64,000 nt of DNA from a virus. The stretch covers positions 1 through 64,000 of IMG/VR virus record IMGVR_UViG_3300050015_000600; one strand, written 5' to 3'. Each line of letters begins with the position of its first letter. Position 1 is the stretch's first letter. This document shows, piece by piece, positions 20,744-30,922 of the stretch. The notes beneath the pieces are model-generated. The model was not told the DNA's origin, searched no databases, and saw only the letters and a program-made list of their open reading frames with translations. Position numbers and translations under genes: made by a program.

Positions 20744-21475
20744 CTAGAAGATTGCCGCGGTTTTTGACCACGTATATGTATTTGGATACGCCTCGGTCAC
20801 ACTGTATTCTGTAAATCTTCTATAACCGTCGTACCATCTCATGTATTTGCCTTTCGGTTTCTTCTCTAACCCGCGCATGACAGTCGCGTATTTGCCTCTC
20901 TTAAGCATATAGAGATGAATACCGGCTTTAGTGTAGGCTCTGTATAATTCCCGCCAAGGAGGCAGGCTGTCGCATTGTTTTAATTCGATAGCCATACCGT
21001 AGGCGTGTGCGTACATGTATCGTAAATGCTGCATGCGGGAAGTATCAACATAGAACCCGCAGGTTATCTCAGGATAATCGTAATTAGCGTAAAGAAAATC
21101 TAATAACTTTTGTATCTCGTCGTTTATTATTATTGCTCTATAAGGTGATTTGTTAAACATCTTAACAGTAATAAACGATTTCTTGTTGCCCGCCAATACT
21201 ACATCGGCGTCTGTCTCCATATTGTATATTCTGTAATGCTTAGGCTTCCGGTTCACCTTGCGGTATAAACTGTCGATATAGCCTGCTTTAAGGGCTATAT
21301 TCCGTACTCCCCTGAGCATAGTTCCTAAGCGTTCACCTGCTGAAGTCACTTCGTTGAAATAGAACTTTATAGCGTCTTCTTCCGCCGCTTTCCATATATC
21401 TCCTGCATCGCGAAATGACTGCATTTGCTCTTTCTTCATTTCAGAATCTAAAACTGCTATCGGTTTTTTAGCCAT
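20744..21475 (-). CDS. Hypothetical protein with a degenerate peptidase M15-like C-terminal region
   Basis: LLDFL...PEITCGF...YAHAYGMAIEL...GIHLY echoes the M15A layout, but the Zn-ligand positions look altered. Confidence 0.35.
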   Translation of the reverse strand: MAKKPIAVLDSEMKKEQMQSFRDAGDIWKAAEEDAIKFYFNEVTSAGERLGTMLRGVRNIALKAGYIDSLYRKVNRKPKHYRIYNMETDADVVLAGNKKSFITVKMFNKSPYRAIIINDEIQKLLDFLYANYDYPEITCGFYVDTSRMQHLRYMYAHAYGMAIELKQCDSLPPWRELYRAYTKAGIHLYMLKRGKYATVMRGLEKKPKGKYMRWYDGYRRFTEYSVTEAYPNTYTWSKTAAIF

Positions 21476-21662
21476 TGGTTTCTCCTATTGTTTTTAGTTG
21501 CAATATTTTTAATACGTGTTCTGCGCCTACAAGAAACGCCTCTTTGCGCAATTCTTCTTCGTAACAATCTTTATAGTAGTCGTCTGCAAATGTCTTTATC
21601 TTTTTCAGTTCTTCCGTTTTGTTGATCTTGTTTTTCAGGCGTATCATTTTTAAAATCCCCAT
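21468..21662 (-). CDS. Hypothetical protein
   Basis: 64 aa; EAFLVGAE motif seen in small phage proteins. Confidence 0.5.
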   Translation of the reverse strand: MGILKMIRLKNKINKTEELKKIKTFADDYYKDCYEEELRKEAFLVGAEHVLKILQLKTIGETNG

Positions 21663-22126
21663 ATAAATGATATTGCATCGCGCACGTCTTCGTTAGCGCG
21701 CTTTATTCCTGTATATTTAGTTACTTTCGCAATTGACCACTTAGCGTTCCCTTTCTTCGGAACGCAGAGGTCATAAGGCACTTCGTTGCGCTGGCACCAT
21801 TCCATAATCTTAATGCCTACTCCGTGGTTCATACCCGTGCCTACGGATATTCTATTTTTAACCTTGTTCTTATAACTTTCTTTCGCCGCGGGCGTAGCAT
21901 TTTGCATATTTTGCGGTATCGCTGGGTCGTGCCAGTTAGTCTTTGGATTCTCCCAGCCTGCGCCGAGTTTTACTTTTATCTCTTGCCCTTTTGTCAGTTT
22001 CATCTTTTGTAGGTACGCTATTAAATCCCAAAAATCCATAGGAGTTCCTGTAATTTTCTTAGTAATTGTATTGTATTCCGCTACGCCGTTTTTGCGTAAG
22101 TCTGGGTCTATGCCAATGAGTATCAT
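21650..22126 (-). CDS. RuvC/RNase H-fold Holliday junction resolvase
   Basis: N-terminal ILIGIDPDLRKNGVA and C-terminal NEDVRDA. Confidence 0.7.
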   Translation of the reverse strand: MILIGIDPDLRKNGVAEYNTITKKITGTPMDFWDLIAYLQKMKLTKGQEIKVKLGAGWENPKTNWHDPAIPQNMQNATPAAKESYKNKVKNRISVGTGMNHGVGIKIMEWCQRNEVPYDLCVPKKGNAKWSIAKVTKYTGIKRANEDVRDAISFIWGF

Positions 22127-22500
22127 TATTCTTCCTTTTTATACATTAAGTTATTATAATCCTCAAAATAAAATACAATTTGATATGATTTAGGAACTAC
22201 CCTAACAATACCATACCTTTTAGCAATTTTGTAGATATTAACCCGATTGCTTAACCTATCTGGCAAAAGCATTAATTCTCCTCGGAATTTTTCAAGCGAC
22301 AGCGTCGATTTATAATTATTGCAACTAGGGCAAGAAGGCACCATATTCGATTCTACATCTCGATGCTTATATTTATCGCCTTTGCCTCGCTGAAGCGGTT
22401 CTACGTGATCTATGTGCCAATTATCACCAAGTACGCAGCCGCAGTAAGCACAGCGTCCGCCGTATTTATTAAAAATTCTTTTTCTGGTTTCTTTTGTCAT
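22126..22500 (-). CDS. HNH endonuclease
   Basis: GRCAYCG...HIDHVEP...NMVPSCPSCNNYK. Confidence 0.9.
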   Translation of the reverse strand: MTKETRKRIFNKYGGRCAYCGCVLGDNWHIDHVEPLQRGKGDKYKHRDVESNMVPSCPSCNNYKSTLSLEKFRGELMLLPDRLSNRVNIYKIAKRYGIVRVVPKSYQIVFYFEDYNNLMYKKEE

Positions 22501-22772
22501 ACTACCGTTCCTATCTTATTGCAACAATAACTCGGAGCAAATTTTGCTATCACGTTGTCAATTCTCTTGTCCCGTGCTTCTTGGTTTTGCAGTTTGTTCA
22601 TTTTACGTACTAAATTATAAATCAATTCTTCGTCTAATATTACCATATCAGGAGTAAATCTCCTGCCTGTGTATTTAGTTACTCTGTGGTTGTCGAACCA
22701 GTCGCGGATAAATTGCTGTTCGATAACGCCGACTCTTGCGTAATACAATGCTCTAAAATGGTGGTTCTTCAT
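22497..22772 (-). CDS. Hypothetical protein
   Basis: 91 aa, overlapping both neighbours. Confidence 0.5.
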   Translation of the reverse strand: MKNHHFRALYYARVGVIEQQFIRDWFDNHRVTKYTGRRFTPDMVILDEELIYNLVRKMNKLQNQEARDKRIDNVIAKFAPSYCCNKIGTVV

Positions 22773-24543
22773 ATTTGCTCATATCCTCAATTGGTTCATT
22801 TTCTATGTTATCTAATACAGTTGACAAGTCTCTCATTCTATCGTATCCGTCTATCCAATACCGTTGCGTATCTCTGTCAAAGTTATACTCCGAGCTTCCG
22901 CCAATCCCCATAAATTGAGGATGCTTAATCTTCTCGTGGTCAACCATCATATTGCCTTGTAAAGTCTTGTATATTATAGTTCCATAATCCGGTATGTTCT
23001 TAAAGTGCGCCGAACCGGCAATGTTGTATAGTTTAGGTTTCTTATACGTTCCGTCCGCGTTAGTTTCCATCTTTGTCGGGTGAGCTACAAGAATATAATG
23101 CACGTCGTGGTCACGTGCGAAGTACTTCATTTTATTTAAAGCCATAGCGTAATATTGATCCGCATTCATAAACTTAGGTATCTGTTGTTCCACAGTATTC
23201 CAAGGATCAACAATGCACAATTTACAGCCATGCTTCTGTACTTCAAAATCAAATGCCTCGTGTATCTCGTCGAGGCTTGCTATTTTGTCTGGATATACGT
23301 AATGATAATATTCATTTATGAATGCGTAAGCTCTCATCATTTGTTCTTCGGACATGTGTCTTTCGCCTCCTGGTATAAACGGCTCTCCTACTAATTGAGA
23401 GGCTATTCTCTGTCCGTGAAGTTCAAGGTCTGCGTTCTCGGGAGTGTAATAAGCTATATGCCAAGCGTTGTTTATCGCAAGCAGTACCGATTGGTAATCT
23501 ACCCAAGTACTCTTGCCGTCGCCTGGAATGCCTGTAACAACATGAAAGGCTTTCGTAAAATATTTTAAATGCCTGTCAAAGTTCGGGACACCTGTAGTAG
23601 CTCCGTGAGTATATCCATGTCTGTATAATTGGATAAATTCATCTTTCCTGTTCGACATAGAGAATACGTCTTGCGCTGGGAATAGCGTAGCGGAAGACAC
23701 CATGGCTTTCACAGCATCAACTCCGTGCAGCATTAGCACTTCGTTAGCATCTTTGCAATCCGTCGGATAAGTAATTTTATAGCATTTCTGCTTCCCAAAT
23801 CTTCGTATAAACTCTCTCTGTAAATACCGCCCTACTAAATCGTTGTCGGTTGAAATAAGAAATCTTTTTACATCCTGAAGATATGGCAGACATTCATCTA
23901 TGTATTTATATTCCATAATCTTGTCGCCTTTAGGAATAATCCCTCCGTTCGGTATGGATATAGCATAGTGGTATCCTGCTACTTCGTATGTAAGAGCATC
24001 TATTTCGCCTTCTGTTATAATCACTGTATCAGATTCAAAGACATCGTTTAATTTATAAAACACAGGAGCGGCTGATTTCGCCGACTGAAAATCTTTGTCT
24101 TTGGTTCGATACTTCGCATTTACTACTTGGTTCCCCAAGTGGTAATTAAATACTATAAACTTCTTTTTTACACCGCTGCGGTCTAACCGCGTTTCTGCTT
24201 TAATATTATTTCTAAGGATTACTTCTTCTGTAATTCCCCGTTCCGTTATCAGCCAGTCTTTTGCCGGCAATGGTAGTGCTGTTTGTCGCTTTGTGTCTAT
24301 AGGCGCGTAATTCGGCTTGTATTCTCTTTCTGTGTTCACGTTTCCTACCCATCCGCAATGATGGCAAAAGAACCCTCCCGTGCTCACATCTATGCCTAAT
24401 ACAGGCTCTGTTGATTTGTTGCGCCCTTTAGAGCATAATGGACAGCGGACTTTCTGCCATCCATTACGCTCTTTTAGCCCCACCACATTTAAAACGGAGA
24501 ACATTTGTATAATTTCTAGTTTAGAATGGTGGTTTTTAGTCAC
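22753..24543 (-). CDS. Primase-helicase (T7 gp4/Twinkle-like)
   Basis: Zn finger CPLC...CHHC, TOPRIM EGEIDAL and DNDLVG, CKDANE, Walker A GIPGDGKST, VDPWN, VAHP. Confidence 0.92.
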   Translation of the reverse strand: MTKNHHSKLEIIQMFSVLNVVGLKERNGWQKVRCPLCSKGRNKSTEPVLGIDVSTGGFFCHHCGWVGNVNTEREYKPNYAPIDTKRQTALPLPAKDWLITERGITEEVILRNNIKAETRLDRSGVKKKFIVFNYHLGNQVVNAKYRTKDKDFQSAKSAAPVFYKLNDVFESDTVIITEGEIDALTYEVAGYHYAISIPNGGIIPKGDKIMEYKYIDECLPYLQDVKRFLISTDNDLVGRYLQREFIRRFGKQKCYKITYPTDCKDANEVLMLHGVDAVKAMVSSATLFPAQDVFSMSNRKDEFIQLYRHGYTHGATTGVPNFDRHLKYFTKAFHVVTGIPGDGKSTWVDYQSVLLAINNAWHIAYYTPENADLELHGQRIASQLVGEPFIPGGERHMSEEQMMRAYAFINEYYHYVYPDKIASLDEIHEAFDFEVQKHGCKLCIVDPWNTVEQQIPKFMNADQYYAMALNKMKYFARDHDVHYILVAHPTKMETNADGTYKKPKLYNIAGSAHFKNIPDYGTIIYKTLQGNMMVDHEKIKHPQFMGIGGSSEYNFDRDTQRYWIDGYDRMRDLSTVLDNIENEPIEDMSKYEEPPF

Positions 24544-24814
24544 TCGGTTTCGCTCCGTAAAGTTTTATAAACTGCTCGTAAGTTATTTCAGGATACACGT
24601 CTTGTGCACGAGATTCAAAATATTCTTTGCTTTTAGTACTGCGTATCTGTAGTATTTCGTTATCGTAATTCTTAACTAATAAATACTTGTCAGTCCAGTC
24701 AGTGCGTTCATCTGTCTTGCCATCTTTATAGTTTTCCCGTATAGTTATCAAAACCGACCAATATTCTTTTTCGCAACTCAACTTCATCTTAAAAGAATTA
24801 ATTTTCATTGTCAT
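24536..24814 (-). CDS. Hypothetical protein
   Basis: C-terminal PEITYEQF, a motif shared with 25790..27178. Confidence 0.5.
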   Translation of the reverse strand: MTMKINSFKMKLSCEKEYWSVLITIRENYKDGKTDERTDWTDKYLLVKNYDNEILQIRSTKSKEYFESRAQDVYPEITYEQFIKLYGAKPSD

Positions 24815-25035
24815 TACTCGTGCTCCTTTGTTAATTGCTCATATTCCTCAATTAATTTTCGTAACTTACGAGACAATATGTACATATTGGTAGCATCTAA
24901 CCTCATATAAGCAGAATTGCTAAAATGGGTTATGCCTATTTTTAGTTCATAATCACCGGTTCCGTCTTCCAGTAAACCAGATGTTTCTAGTCTGTCTCCA
25001 TCGTCGTTCCACAAATTTATTCCTATGTTTGGCAT
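24814..25035 (-). CDS. Hypothetical protein
   Basis: 73 aa, translationally coupled. Confidence 0.5.
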   Translation of the reverse strand: MPNIGINLWNDDGDRLETSGLLEDGTGDYELKIGITHFSNSAYMRLDATNMYILSRKLRKLIEEYEQLTKEHE

Positions 25036-25790
25036 AAATAAATTCCTAAATTAGTGTCGTACTCTGTATATTTCATAAGTTCTCTCTTTTTAATAAATTC
25101 TAATAAATCTGATAAATCACTTATAATTTCTTCGTGCATAGTTTCATAAGGGTAATATTCATGCGTTGCTATAGAAAACAAATCGAATGTTATTACCTCT
25201 TTCAATTGCTGCTCGATTAGTTGAAATATGTAATATTTGCAGGATGTAGCACCCTCAAATATGTCTAAATATACTTTCCATTGCATAGAAAGCAAAAACT
25301 CATTGTATGTGTCTCTGTCGTAGTCAGGGAATTCGTCATGTATAAAGTCCCCTGGCTTGCTTCCGTATTGTGTTTTATATTCGTTAATTGTAGTGTATTT
25401 AAGATTATCTACCATGCCGACTAAAGTTATAGTTTGTCCGTGGACATTGTACTCTTTAACGGCTTTGTGTTCGTTTATACCGCCTACAGCTTCTTTTTTT
25501 GCTTCAAGGCATTCCTGTATCATAGCGGCGGTATATTTTAACGGCTTCTTGAAAACATCCGGCTTGTAGTATATATACTCGTTTGTAGCCTGGTTGTAAT
25601 ATAACTCAGGTTCGTCCAGTATAGCATGCAGAGCTGTTCCATAGAACATAAATTTCGACTGCATAGATTTACGCATTATAGCTAACACCATAGCGGTATC
25701 ATCTATCTGCGATACACCGTACTTCTGTACGTCGGTTATATACTTCCGCCAAGTGTCTAAAAGCGTAGTTGATATTCTATTGATTATCAT
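25023..25790 (-). CDS. PD-(D/E)XK exonuclease (Cas4/RecB-like)
   Basis: GTALHAIL, GMVD...EYKT, QWKVY. Confidence 0.75.
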   Translation of the reverse strand: MIINRISTTLLDTWRKYITDVQKYGVSQIDDTAMVLAIMRKSMQSKFMFYGTALHAILDEPELYYNQATNEYIYYKPDVFKKPLKYTAAMIQECLEAKKEAVGGINEHKAVKEYNVHGQTITLVGMVDNLKYTTINEYKTQYGSKPGDFIHDEFPDYDRDTYNEFLLSMQWKVYLDIFEGATSCKYYIFQLIEQQLKEVITFDLFSIATHEYYPYETMHEEIISDLSDLLEFIKKRELMKYTEYDTNLGIYLCQT

Positions 25791-27178
25791 TACTTTAACT
25801 CAAATTTGTAAACAGGATTCTCCGCAAGAATAAAACAGAATTTAGTCGTGTGACCTGTTTGATCTTCGCAATATATTCTGTTCTCATCTAAAGATATTTT
25901 ATTAACATGATAATAATCATCTATGTCTGTAGAATTAACATAACTATATCCGTCGCTAAAATAAAAACTATCTCCGACTTTTAGTTCTTTTATCATAGTT
26001 TTTGTAACTTTAATATATTTGTCTAACTGCCCTCCGCCTGTACAATGTACTTCATACAAATGAAAATAAGTTGTACATAATGTTCCTTTTGTGTCCCAAT
26101 GATATACTTTCGTTCGATTCGTTGTTGTTCCTGGTGTTTGATTCATAAAACCAATATACTTTTCCCCGTCTTTTTCAACTACCGCAAGCAATGGAAAATC
26201 ACTTGTTTTTATTTCAGGCTCTATCGGTTTCGCCCATGCTTTGAATTGGTCAAATGTGATTTCGGGGCTGTTGTCGTCATTGAATGTAGCTTTGTAATTA
26301 CTACAATGCGTCAATACATCACGATTGTCGTATCTTGTAAATAAATATCTCTGTTTTGTGTTTTTTATTTTCTTATTGCCGCTATACCATGTACCCTTAT
26401 TTGCCATTATCCATTTCTGTACATATTCGCTTTGCTCCGGTGTAACCTGTATCTTAAACTTAGGGATTTCGCCTTTCTCTAAGGCTATTTTGATGGCTTT
26501 GAGTTCTACCGATTTCAGACATAATGTACTTGCATATATCATCCACATGTCATCAAGCGTTTCCTTTGGAACTTCATTCGCTTCGTCTATCCTCATAGAA
26601 TTAAAGGTTATCCCTTTTAATTCATTCTGCAACTTATCTTTATCGTATTCTAAAGATTTAATTTTTGCTTTTAACGAAGTTATTTCTGAATTAGCGTATC
26701 CCTCTGCTTCGCGGGAGTTCCACAAACTATCGTGAGTTTCATCTAATTCAATGCAAAGCCTGTCGTTCTCTTTTTTATATTCAGCTAATTTGGCTTCTAA
26801 TTTAAGATTTACTGCAAACAAACCTGTAAAATAATAACTATCAACATAATGAGCCTTTTGATATTCTATCATCGGTATTGCATTACCTGCTTTAAACAGT
26901 TGGCTTTCTGCGTCTTTATAAATTTCAAATTTAGTTTCTAATTCTTTAACCCGCTTTTCCAGTTTTTCATTTTCACAAACAACAGCATTTTTAGCGGTGT
27001 TTATCTCTTTGCAGTCTTTTTCCCAAGAAGCGGCTTTCTTCTCTAGCCGTTTTAATTCATCATTAATCTGCCTAATTCCTACGGATAGGCTAAGCGCAGA
27101 AAAAGAATACGAACTTTTTGCATCATCTTCAAATACGATATATGGTGCGCGGAAGATTTGTATCGTGTTTATTTTCAT
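25790..27178 (-). CDS. Hypothetical multidomain protein with long coiled coil
   Basis: 462 aa; heptad region in the N-terminal half, internal PEITFDQF module. Confidence 0.6.
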   Translation of the reverse strand: MKINTIQIFRAPYIVFEDDAKSSYSFSALSLSVGIRQINDELKRLEKKAASWEKDCKEINTAKNAVVCENEKLEKRVKELETKFEIYKDAESQLFKAGNAIPMIEYQKAHYVDSYYFTGLFAVNLKLEAKLAEYKKENDRLCIELDETHDSLWNSREAEGYANSEITSLKAKIKSLEYDKDKLQNELKGITFNSMRIDEANEVPKETLDDMWMIYASTLCLKSVELKAIKIALEKGEIPKFKIQVTPEQSEYVQKWIMANKGTWYSGNKKIKNTKQRYLFTRYDNRDVLTHCSNYKATFNDDNSPEITFDQFKAWAKPIEPEIKTSDFPLLAVVEKDGEKYIGFMNQTPGTTTNRTKVYHWDTKGTLCTTYFHLYEVHCTGGGQLDKYIKVTKTMIKELKVGDSFYFSDGYSYVNSTDIDDYYHVNKISLDENRIYCEDQTGHTTKFCFILAENPVYKFELK

Positions 27179-28227
27179 TATCCTTCCTCTGCTTCTGCCA
27201 ATCGTGCTGCGTTTTCATTGTCTCTGTATTCTTCATAGGTTGGATATTTGTCTTCTTCTTCGCTCATGCTTTCTACTACGGCCACAGGAACTTCTTTAAC
27301 CTTCTTTTCAGCCGCGGCTTTGAGCAATTTATACTGTTTCGCATAGGAAACTTTTAACTGTTCTTTTAGAATCTTAGTCAAAGTCTTATCCTCTTTTATA
27401 GCTTCGCCGACTTCTGCTAATTTAGGCAGCGTTTTAGTTTCGGCTATGCTTTTATTATAGCCGTCTAATAAATCTTTGTACTTGTCTAAAGCGTTAAGTT
27501 TTTCTTCCCACATCTTACGCCAATCCGTCAGTTTTTCCGCAAGAAATTGTGTATTTATTCCGTTGTTTCCGTCAATAACAGGAATATCTACTCCCTTTAA
27601 TCCTTCGTGCTCTAGCGGGTTTTTAGTATGATAGAACTGACTTCTTTCAAAAGACAGTATTCTAACCGAAGATTCTTTGTCGCCGGATACGTCAATATAG
27701 CCTATCATGTCAACAAAATTATAAATCTTATCCTTGGCTATCTTACCCTGGAATTTAGGCTGGCTAAAAGTATCATCAGTACCAGAAATGTTCTTTTCGT
27801 CTTCGTGCGCTATCCAGCATAATCCTTTGCCTTGGATAATCAACTCGTTAATAAAATCAGTAACTTGTTCACCTAATAGTCCGTATAGCTTCATAACGTT
27901 CTTTGCGGATTTAGGGTTTTTCTCTTTAACGTAGGACATAATGTAAGCTAACATACTGTCAACTGTATCCATAACTACATAATCGTAAGGCTCTAATTCC
28001 TGCTTAATCGTTTTCATGTCGTCTGCAATGTCTTCCCAACTGTCTATTTCAAGATAGTCAAACTTCTGGTTTGATCTTCTCAAACCCTCTTTGTTAAAAT
28101 TCAGGAATATTGGGTTTGGCAAAGTTGTCGCCAAAGTAGTTTTTCCAATTCCTGCTTTTCCGTAAAGTAGCATCGAAATCTTTCCGACAGCTACGTAATC
28201 CTGGGACGTACCCTTTCTTAATGCCAT
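27178..28227 (-). CDS. AAA_24/Sak4-like recombination ATPase
   Basis: LLYGKAGIGKTT, VMDTVD, IAHE, VDMIGY. Confidence 0.85.
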   Translation of the reverse strand: MALRKGTSQDYVAVGKISMLLYGKAGIGKTTLATTLPNPIFLNFNKEGLRRSNQKFDYLEIDSWEDIADDMKTIKQELEPYDYVVMDTVDSMLAYIMSYVKEKNPKSAKNVMKLYGLLGEQVTDFINELIIQGKGLCWIAHEDEKNISGTDDTFSQPKFQGKIAKDKIYNFVDMIGYIDVSGDKESSVRILSFERSQFYHTKNPLEHEGLKGVDIPVIDGNNGINTQFLAEKLTDWRKMWEEKLNALDKYKDLLDGYNKSIAETKTLPKLAEVGEAIKEDKTLTKILKEQLKVSYAKQYKLLKAAAEKKVKEVPVAVVESMSEEEDKYPTYEEYRDNENAARLAEAEEG

Positions 28228-28235
28228 GCTAAGTC

Positions 28236-28520
28236 CTTATTTTGTATATATTATATTTATATAATATATTATATCTAGTTAATACTAGTATATAATTATA
28301 TATCTTCTCTTTCTTTCTTTCTTTCTTTCTTTCTTTATTAGTTTAAGTATTACTCTTTAGATGTACTTTCTTTCTTACTAGAGTATATCTCTTATATTAA
28401 TAATAATACTTCTATATTTTTTCTTTGATAGATTAATCTTTTTGAAGATTAATTCTCTTTTGCTACTTTTCTCTTATCAAGAAACTTTTTCTATCAAGGA
28501 AACTTTCTTTTGTCCGGTTG
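28236..28520. other. Putative replication origin: AT-rich palindromes and pyrimidine tracts
   Basis: Non-coding; palindromes TATATAATTATATA, CTAGT-TAAT-ACTAG and TTAATCTT-TTTG-AAGATTAA; next to the replication genes. Confidence 0.45.
28309..28336 (+). repeat. (CTTT)7 microsatellite
   Basis: Seven perfect CTTT units. Confidence 0.95.
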
Positions 28521-28782
28521 TTTCGCTGAATATGTTTTTCTGCCGTTTCGTCGTCCCTACGATATGCGTTTTTGCCACTTCTTTTGCCCTGTATTTAATT
28601 TTTATACCTGTATTCGATAAAATACTCGTCTATTGATTAAAAACTCAATAGCGGGTGTTTATGGGCGATTTTCTTCGGATCGAAATCTTCTGCTGTTATA
28701 TCTATGCCTTGCCTCCAAAAATATATTACCATAAAGTTATATATTTCATTGAGTTGTTTTAGATGTCTTTTTGTTTTCTTTT

Positions 28783-29010
28783 TCATAATTTCCACATCCA
28801 TCCATATTTTGCCAATGCGTAATTAGACACAGTAGTTAATCCCCATGGCCTTGGCGAACGGATAAATATATTCGTAACTTTACCTGGTATGAATCCTTCA
28901 ATTTCGCGACCTGTGTTCATAGTAATTATTGCTTGGCAAAAAGCATCCATCTTATCATCAATGTTGCGTCTGCGGCGATACTTCTGTATCATCTTTTGCG
29001 CTCGTGTCAT
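28783..29010 (-). CDS. Hypothetical protein, first gene of the leftward replication operon
   Basis: 75 aa; GAGG upstream; follows the promoter at 29052-29083. Confidence 0.55.
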   Translation of the reverse strand: MTRAQKMIQKYRRRRNIDDKMDAFCQAIITMNTGREIEGFIPGKVTNIFIRSPRPWGLTTVSNYALAKYGWMWKL

Positions 29011-29051
29011 TCGTCAACCTCATAAAAATTTTTGTGTTCGTTTTTCAGATA

Positions 29052-29083
29052 CAAAACTACGAAATTTCTGTGTAATAACCAAA
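29052..29083 (-). promoter_or_regulatory. Bacteroidota-type promoter (replication operon)
   Basis: TTTG-N20-TAGTTTTG. Confidence 0.75.
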
Positions 29084-29126
29084 CTTATGTTACGTTTGAA
29101 AAAAAAATATATTTTTACGTAGAATA

Positions 29127-29158
29127 TTTGGCTGATAATAATAAATTGCGTATATTGC
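29127..29158 (+). promoter_or_regulatory. Divergent promoter for the rightward middle operon
   Basis: TTTG-N20-TATATTGC (near-consensus). Confidence 0.55.
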
Positions 29159-29167
29159 ATTTGTCAA

Positions 29168-29671
29168 TTGGACAAATTTTTAAAAACTATGCGGGAAAAT
29201 ATAATGAGCAGTAAACGAAAATTATTAGAAGAAATTAATGAATTGCGTGGCGAGCTTAGAGATTCAAAGGATGCAGCGAACGCTTTTTACGAGAAATGGT
29301 CAACAGAAATGCGAGCAGGTGCAGCGTTACATGATGCAAAAATCAAATTAGCCGAAGATATTGTTAAAATTCAATCCGACTATACAAAGAAAATCAAAGA
29401 AGTTGAACGCTTAGAAAAAGCTAATAAGAAATTCATGCAGGCTATAGACGCTCTTAAGAAACAATTAGCTGATAGAGAAATCGACCGTGACTACGTAGCG
29501 AGAGAAACAGCACTAAGACTTGCAATAGCTACGAACAGCGCGATAACTGAAAAAGAGATTATAAAACACGCTAAGAAGAATTACAAGTTTCTTGTTGATA
29601 CCGAAGAAGACGAAACCGGTGTTGCAGCGATTCCGCCCGAAGAAGCAGAACCAGTAATTGTCGAGATGTAA
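29168..29671 (+). CDS. Coiled-coil hypothetical protein (true start possibly 29204)
   Basis: Heptad-rich; stop overlaps the next start. Confidence 0.6.
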   Translation: MDKFLKTMRENIMSSKRKLLEEINELRGELRDSKDAANAFYEKWSTEMRAGAALHDAKIKLAEDIVKIQSDYTKKIKEVERLEKANKKFMQAIDALKKQLADREIDRDYVARETALRLAIATNSAITEKEIIKHAKKNYKFLVDTEEDETGVAAIPPEEAEPVIVEM

Positions 29672-30027
29672 TGTTCAATAAAAAGAAAAAGATTGACAAA
29701 GACACTGATATTGGCAAAATAATAACCACCGCGGAAATCACAATCCCGTTTGGATTTGAATTTAAGCCTATCTACGAAGAACACACTCAAGAGTTGTTTA
29801 AGTTTATAAACAAACACGCTCCTGATAAAAAGGCTTTGACTGAAATAAGATGGGAAGAAGAAACTGTAGTGCTTAGAGCGCAGATAGATCATTTATACGA
29901 AGTAATATATCTATTTGGATACGCAACGAAAATGATAGACGATTGGATAACTCAGGCTATAGGCAATAATGCAAAAGATAAGTTTGATGTTATCACAGAA
30001 ATAACCGGAAATTTAAATATAAATTAG
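29671..30027 (+). CDS. Hypothetical protein
   Basis: 118 aa, coupled. Confidence 0.55.
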   Translation: MFNKKKKIDKDTDIGKIITTAEITIPFGFEFKPIYEEHTQELFKFINKHAPDKKALTEIRWEEETVVLRAQIDHLYEVIYLFGYATKMIDDWITQAIGNNAKDKFDVITEITGNLNIN

Positions 30028-30035
30028 AGAAAATA

Positions 30036-30452
30036 ATGGCAAAGATGAACAAAACCATAGCTAAAATTTTAGCAGAAAAGGTAAGCGCAAAAACGAAGCA
30101 AGCGATGGAAATCGGTTATGATCAAATGATAATCGAAATTAAAAGCGCATATAATGCAGAATTGACCGAATTAATGATTGCGCGGAATGGCATTGAATCA
30201 CGTATTAGCGCAATAGAAAAAGAGATAATGTCGAAATACAAAAAAAACGACGTTTATATTAATTTTTGTTGCTCGCGTGGCGAAGTCGCTCCGTCAATTT
30301 CCGCATGGAGCAATCATCGCATTAGCTTGGATGAAATTACCAATAAGATTTTATTAGAAGATTTCTTCTCGGACGGCGGATTAGACGTGGAAGAATTTGT
30401 TACTAATTACGCTCAGGAATTAGTTGCTAAATTTAATACGCAGGTTCAATAA
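30036..30452 (+). CDS. Hypothetical protein
   Basis: 138 aa, coupled. Confidence 0.55.
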   Translation: MAKMNKTIAKILAEKVSAKTKQAMEIGYDQMIIEIKSAYNAELTELMIARNGIESRISAIEKEIMSKYKKNDVYINFCCSRGEVAPSISAWSNHRISLDEITNKILLEDFFSDGGLDVEEFVTNYAQELVAKFNTQVQ

Positions 30453-30727
30453 TGGCAGGATTTCAAAAAGTCTCAGGCTTATGGAAAGCAGAGGATAAAA
30501 ATGGGGATTTGTATTATCGCGGCAAGGGCGAGGACGGTAAAATGTATTACATGCGCCCGAATACAAAAAAGACTAAGGATACTCAGCCTGATATGGAATT
30601 GTCGTATCAAATATTCGACGACGATAAACCGCAAGCACCGAAGCCGGCAGGGGTTCAACCCGTCCAAGCCGTACAGCCGGTAGCCGAAGAAACAGTAGTA
30701 GATGATGATAATGACGTACCATTTTAA
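30452..30727 (+). CDS. Small ssDNA-binding-like protein (DUF736/PC4-like)
   Basis: GLWK...KNGDLYYRG...N..K...QPD core and an SSB-type acidic tail DDDNDVPF. Confidence 0.6.
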   Translation: MAGFQKVSGLWKAEDKNGDLYYRGKGEDGKMYYMRPNTKKTKDTQPDMELSYQIFDDDKPQAPKPAGVQPVQAVQPVAEETVVDDDNDVPF

Positions 30728-30736
30728 GGAATAAAG

Positions 30737-30922
30737 ATGAAAGAAAAATTTATGATAGTACAGAATTTTTGCGAAGTCGCTAATTGGGACGGTTTTGGTA
30801 CACATAAAGAGCGATGTTGGATAGAAGAATCCAGAGGATATGATTACGCTTTTGAGGCGGTTGACATAAAGAATAGTTTCATGCACCCTGAATTTTACAT
30901 AGTGATAAAATATTATGAATAA
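30737..30922 (+). CDS. Hypothetical protein
   Basis: 61 aa; AAGGA SD. Confidence 0.5.
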   Translation: MKEKFMIVQNFCEVANWDGFGTHKERCWIEESRGYDYAFEAVDIKNSFMHPEFYIVIKYYE

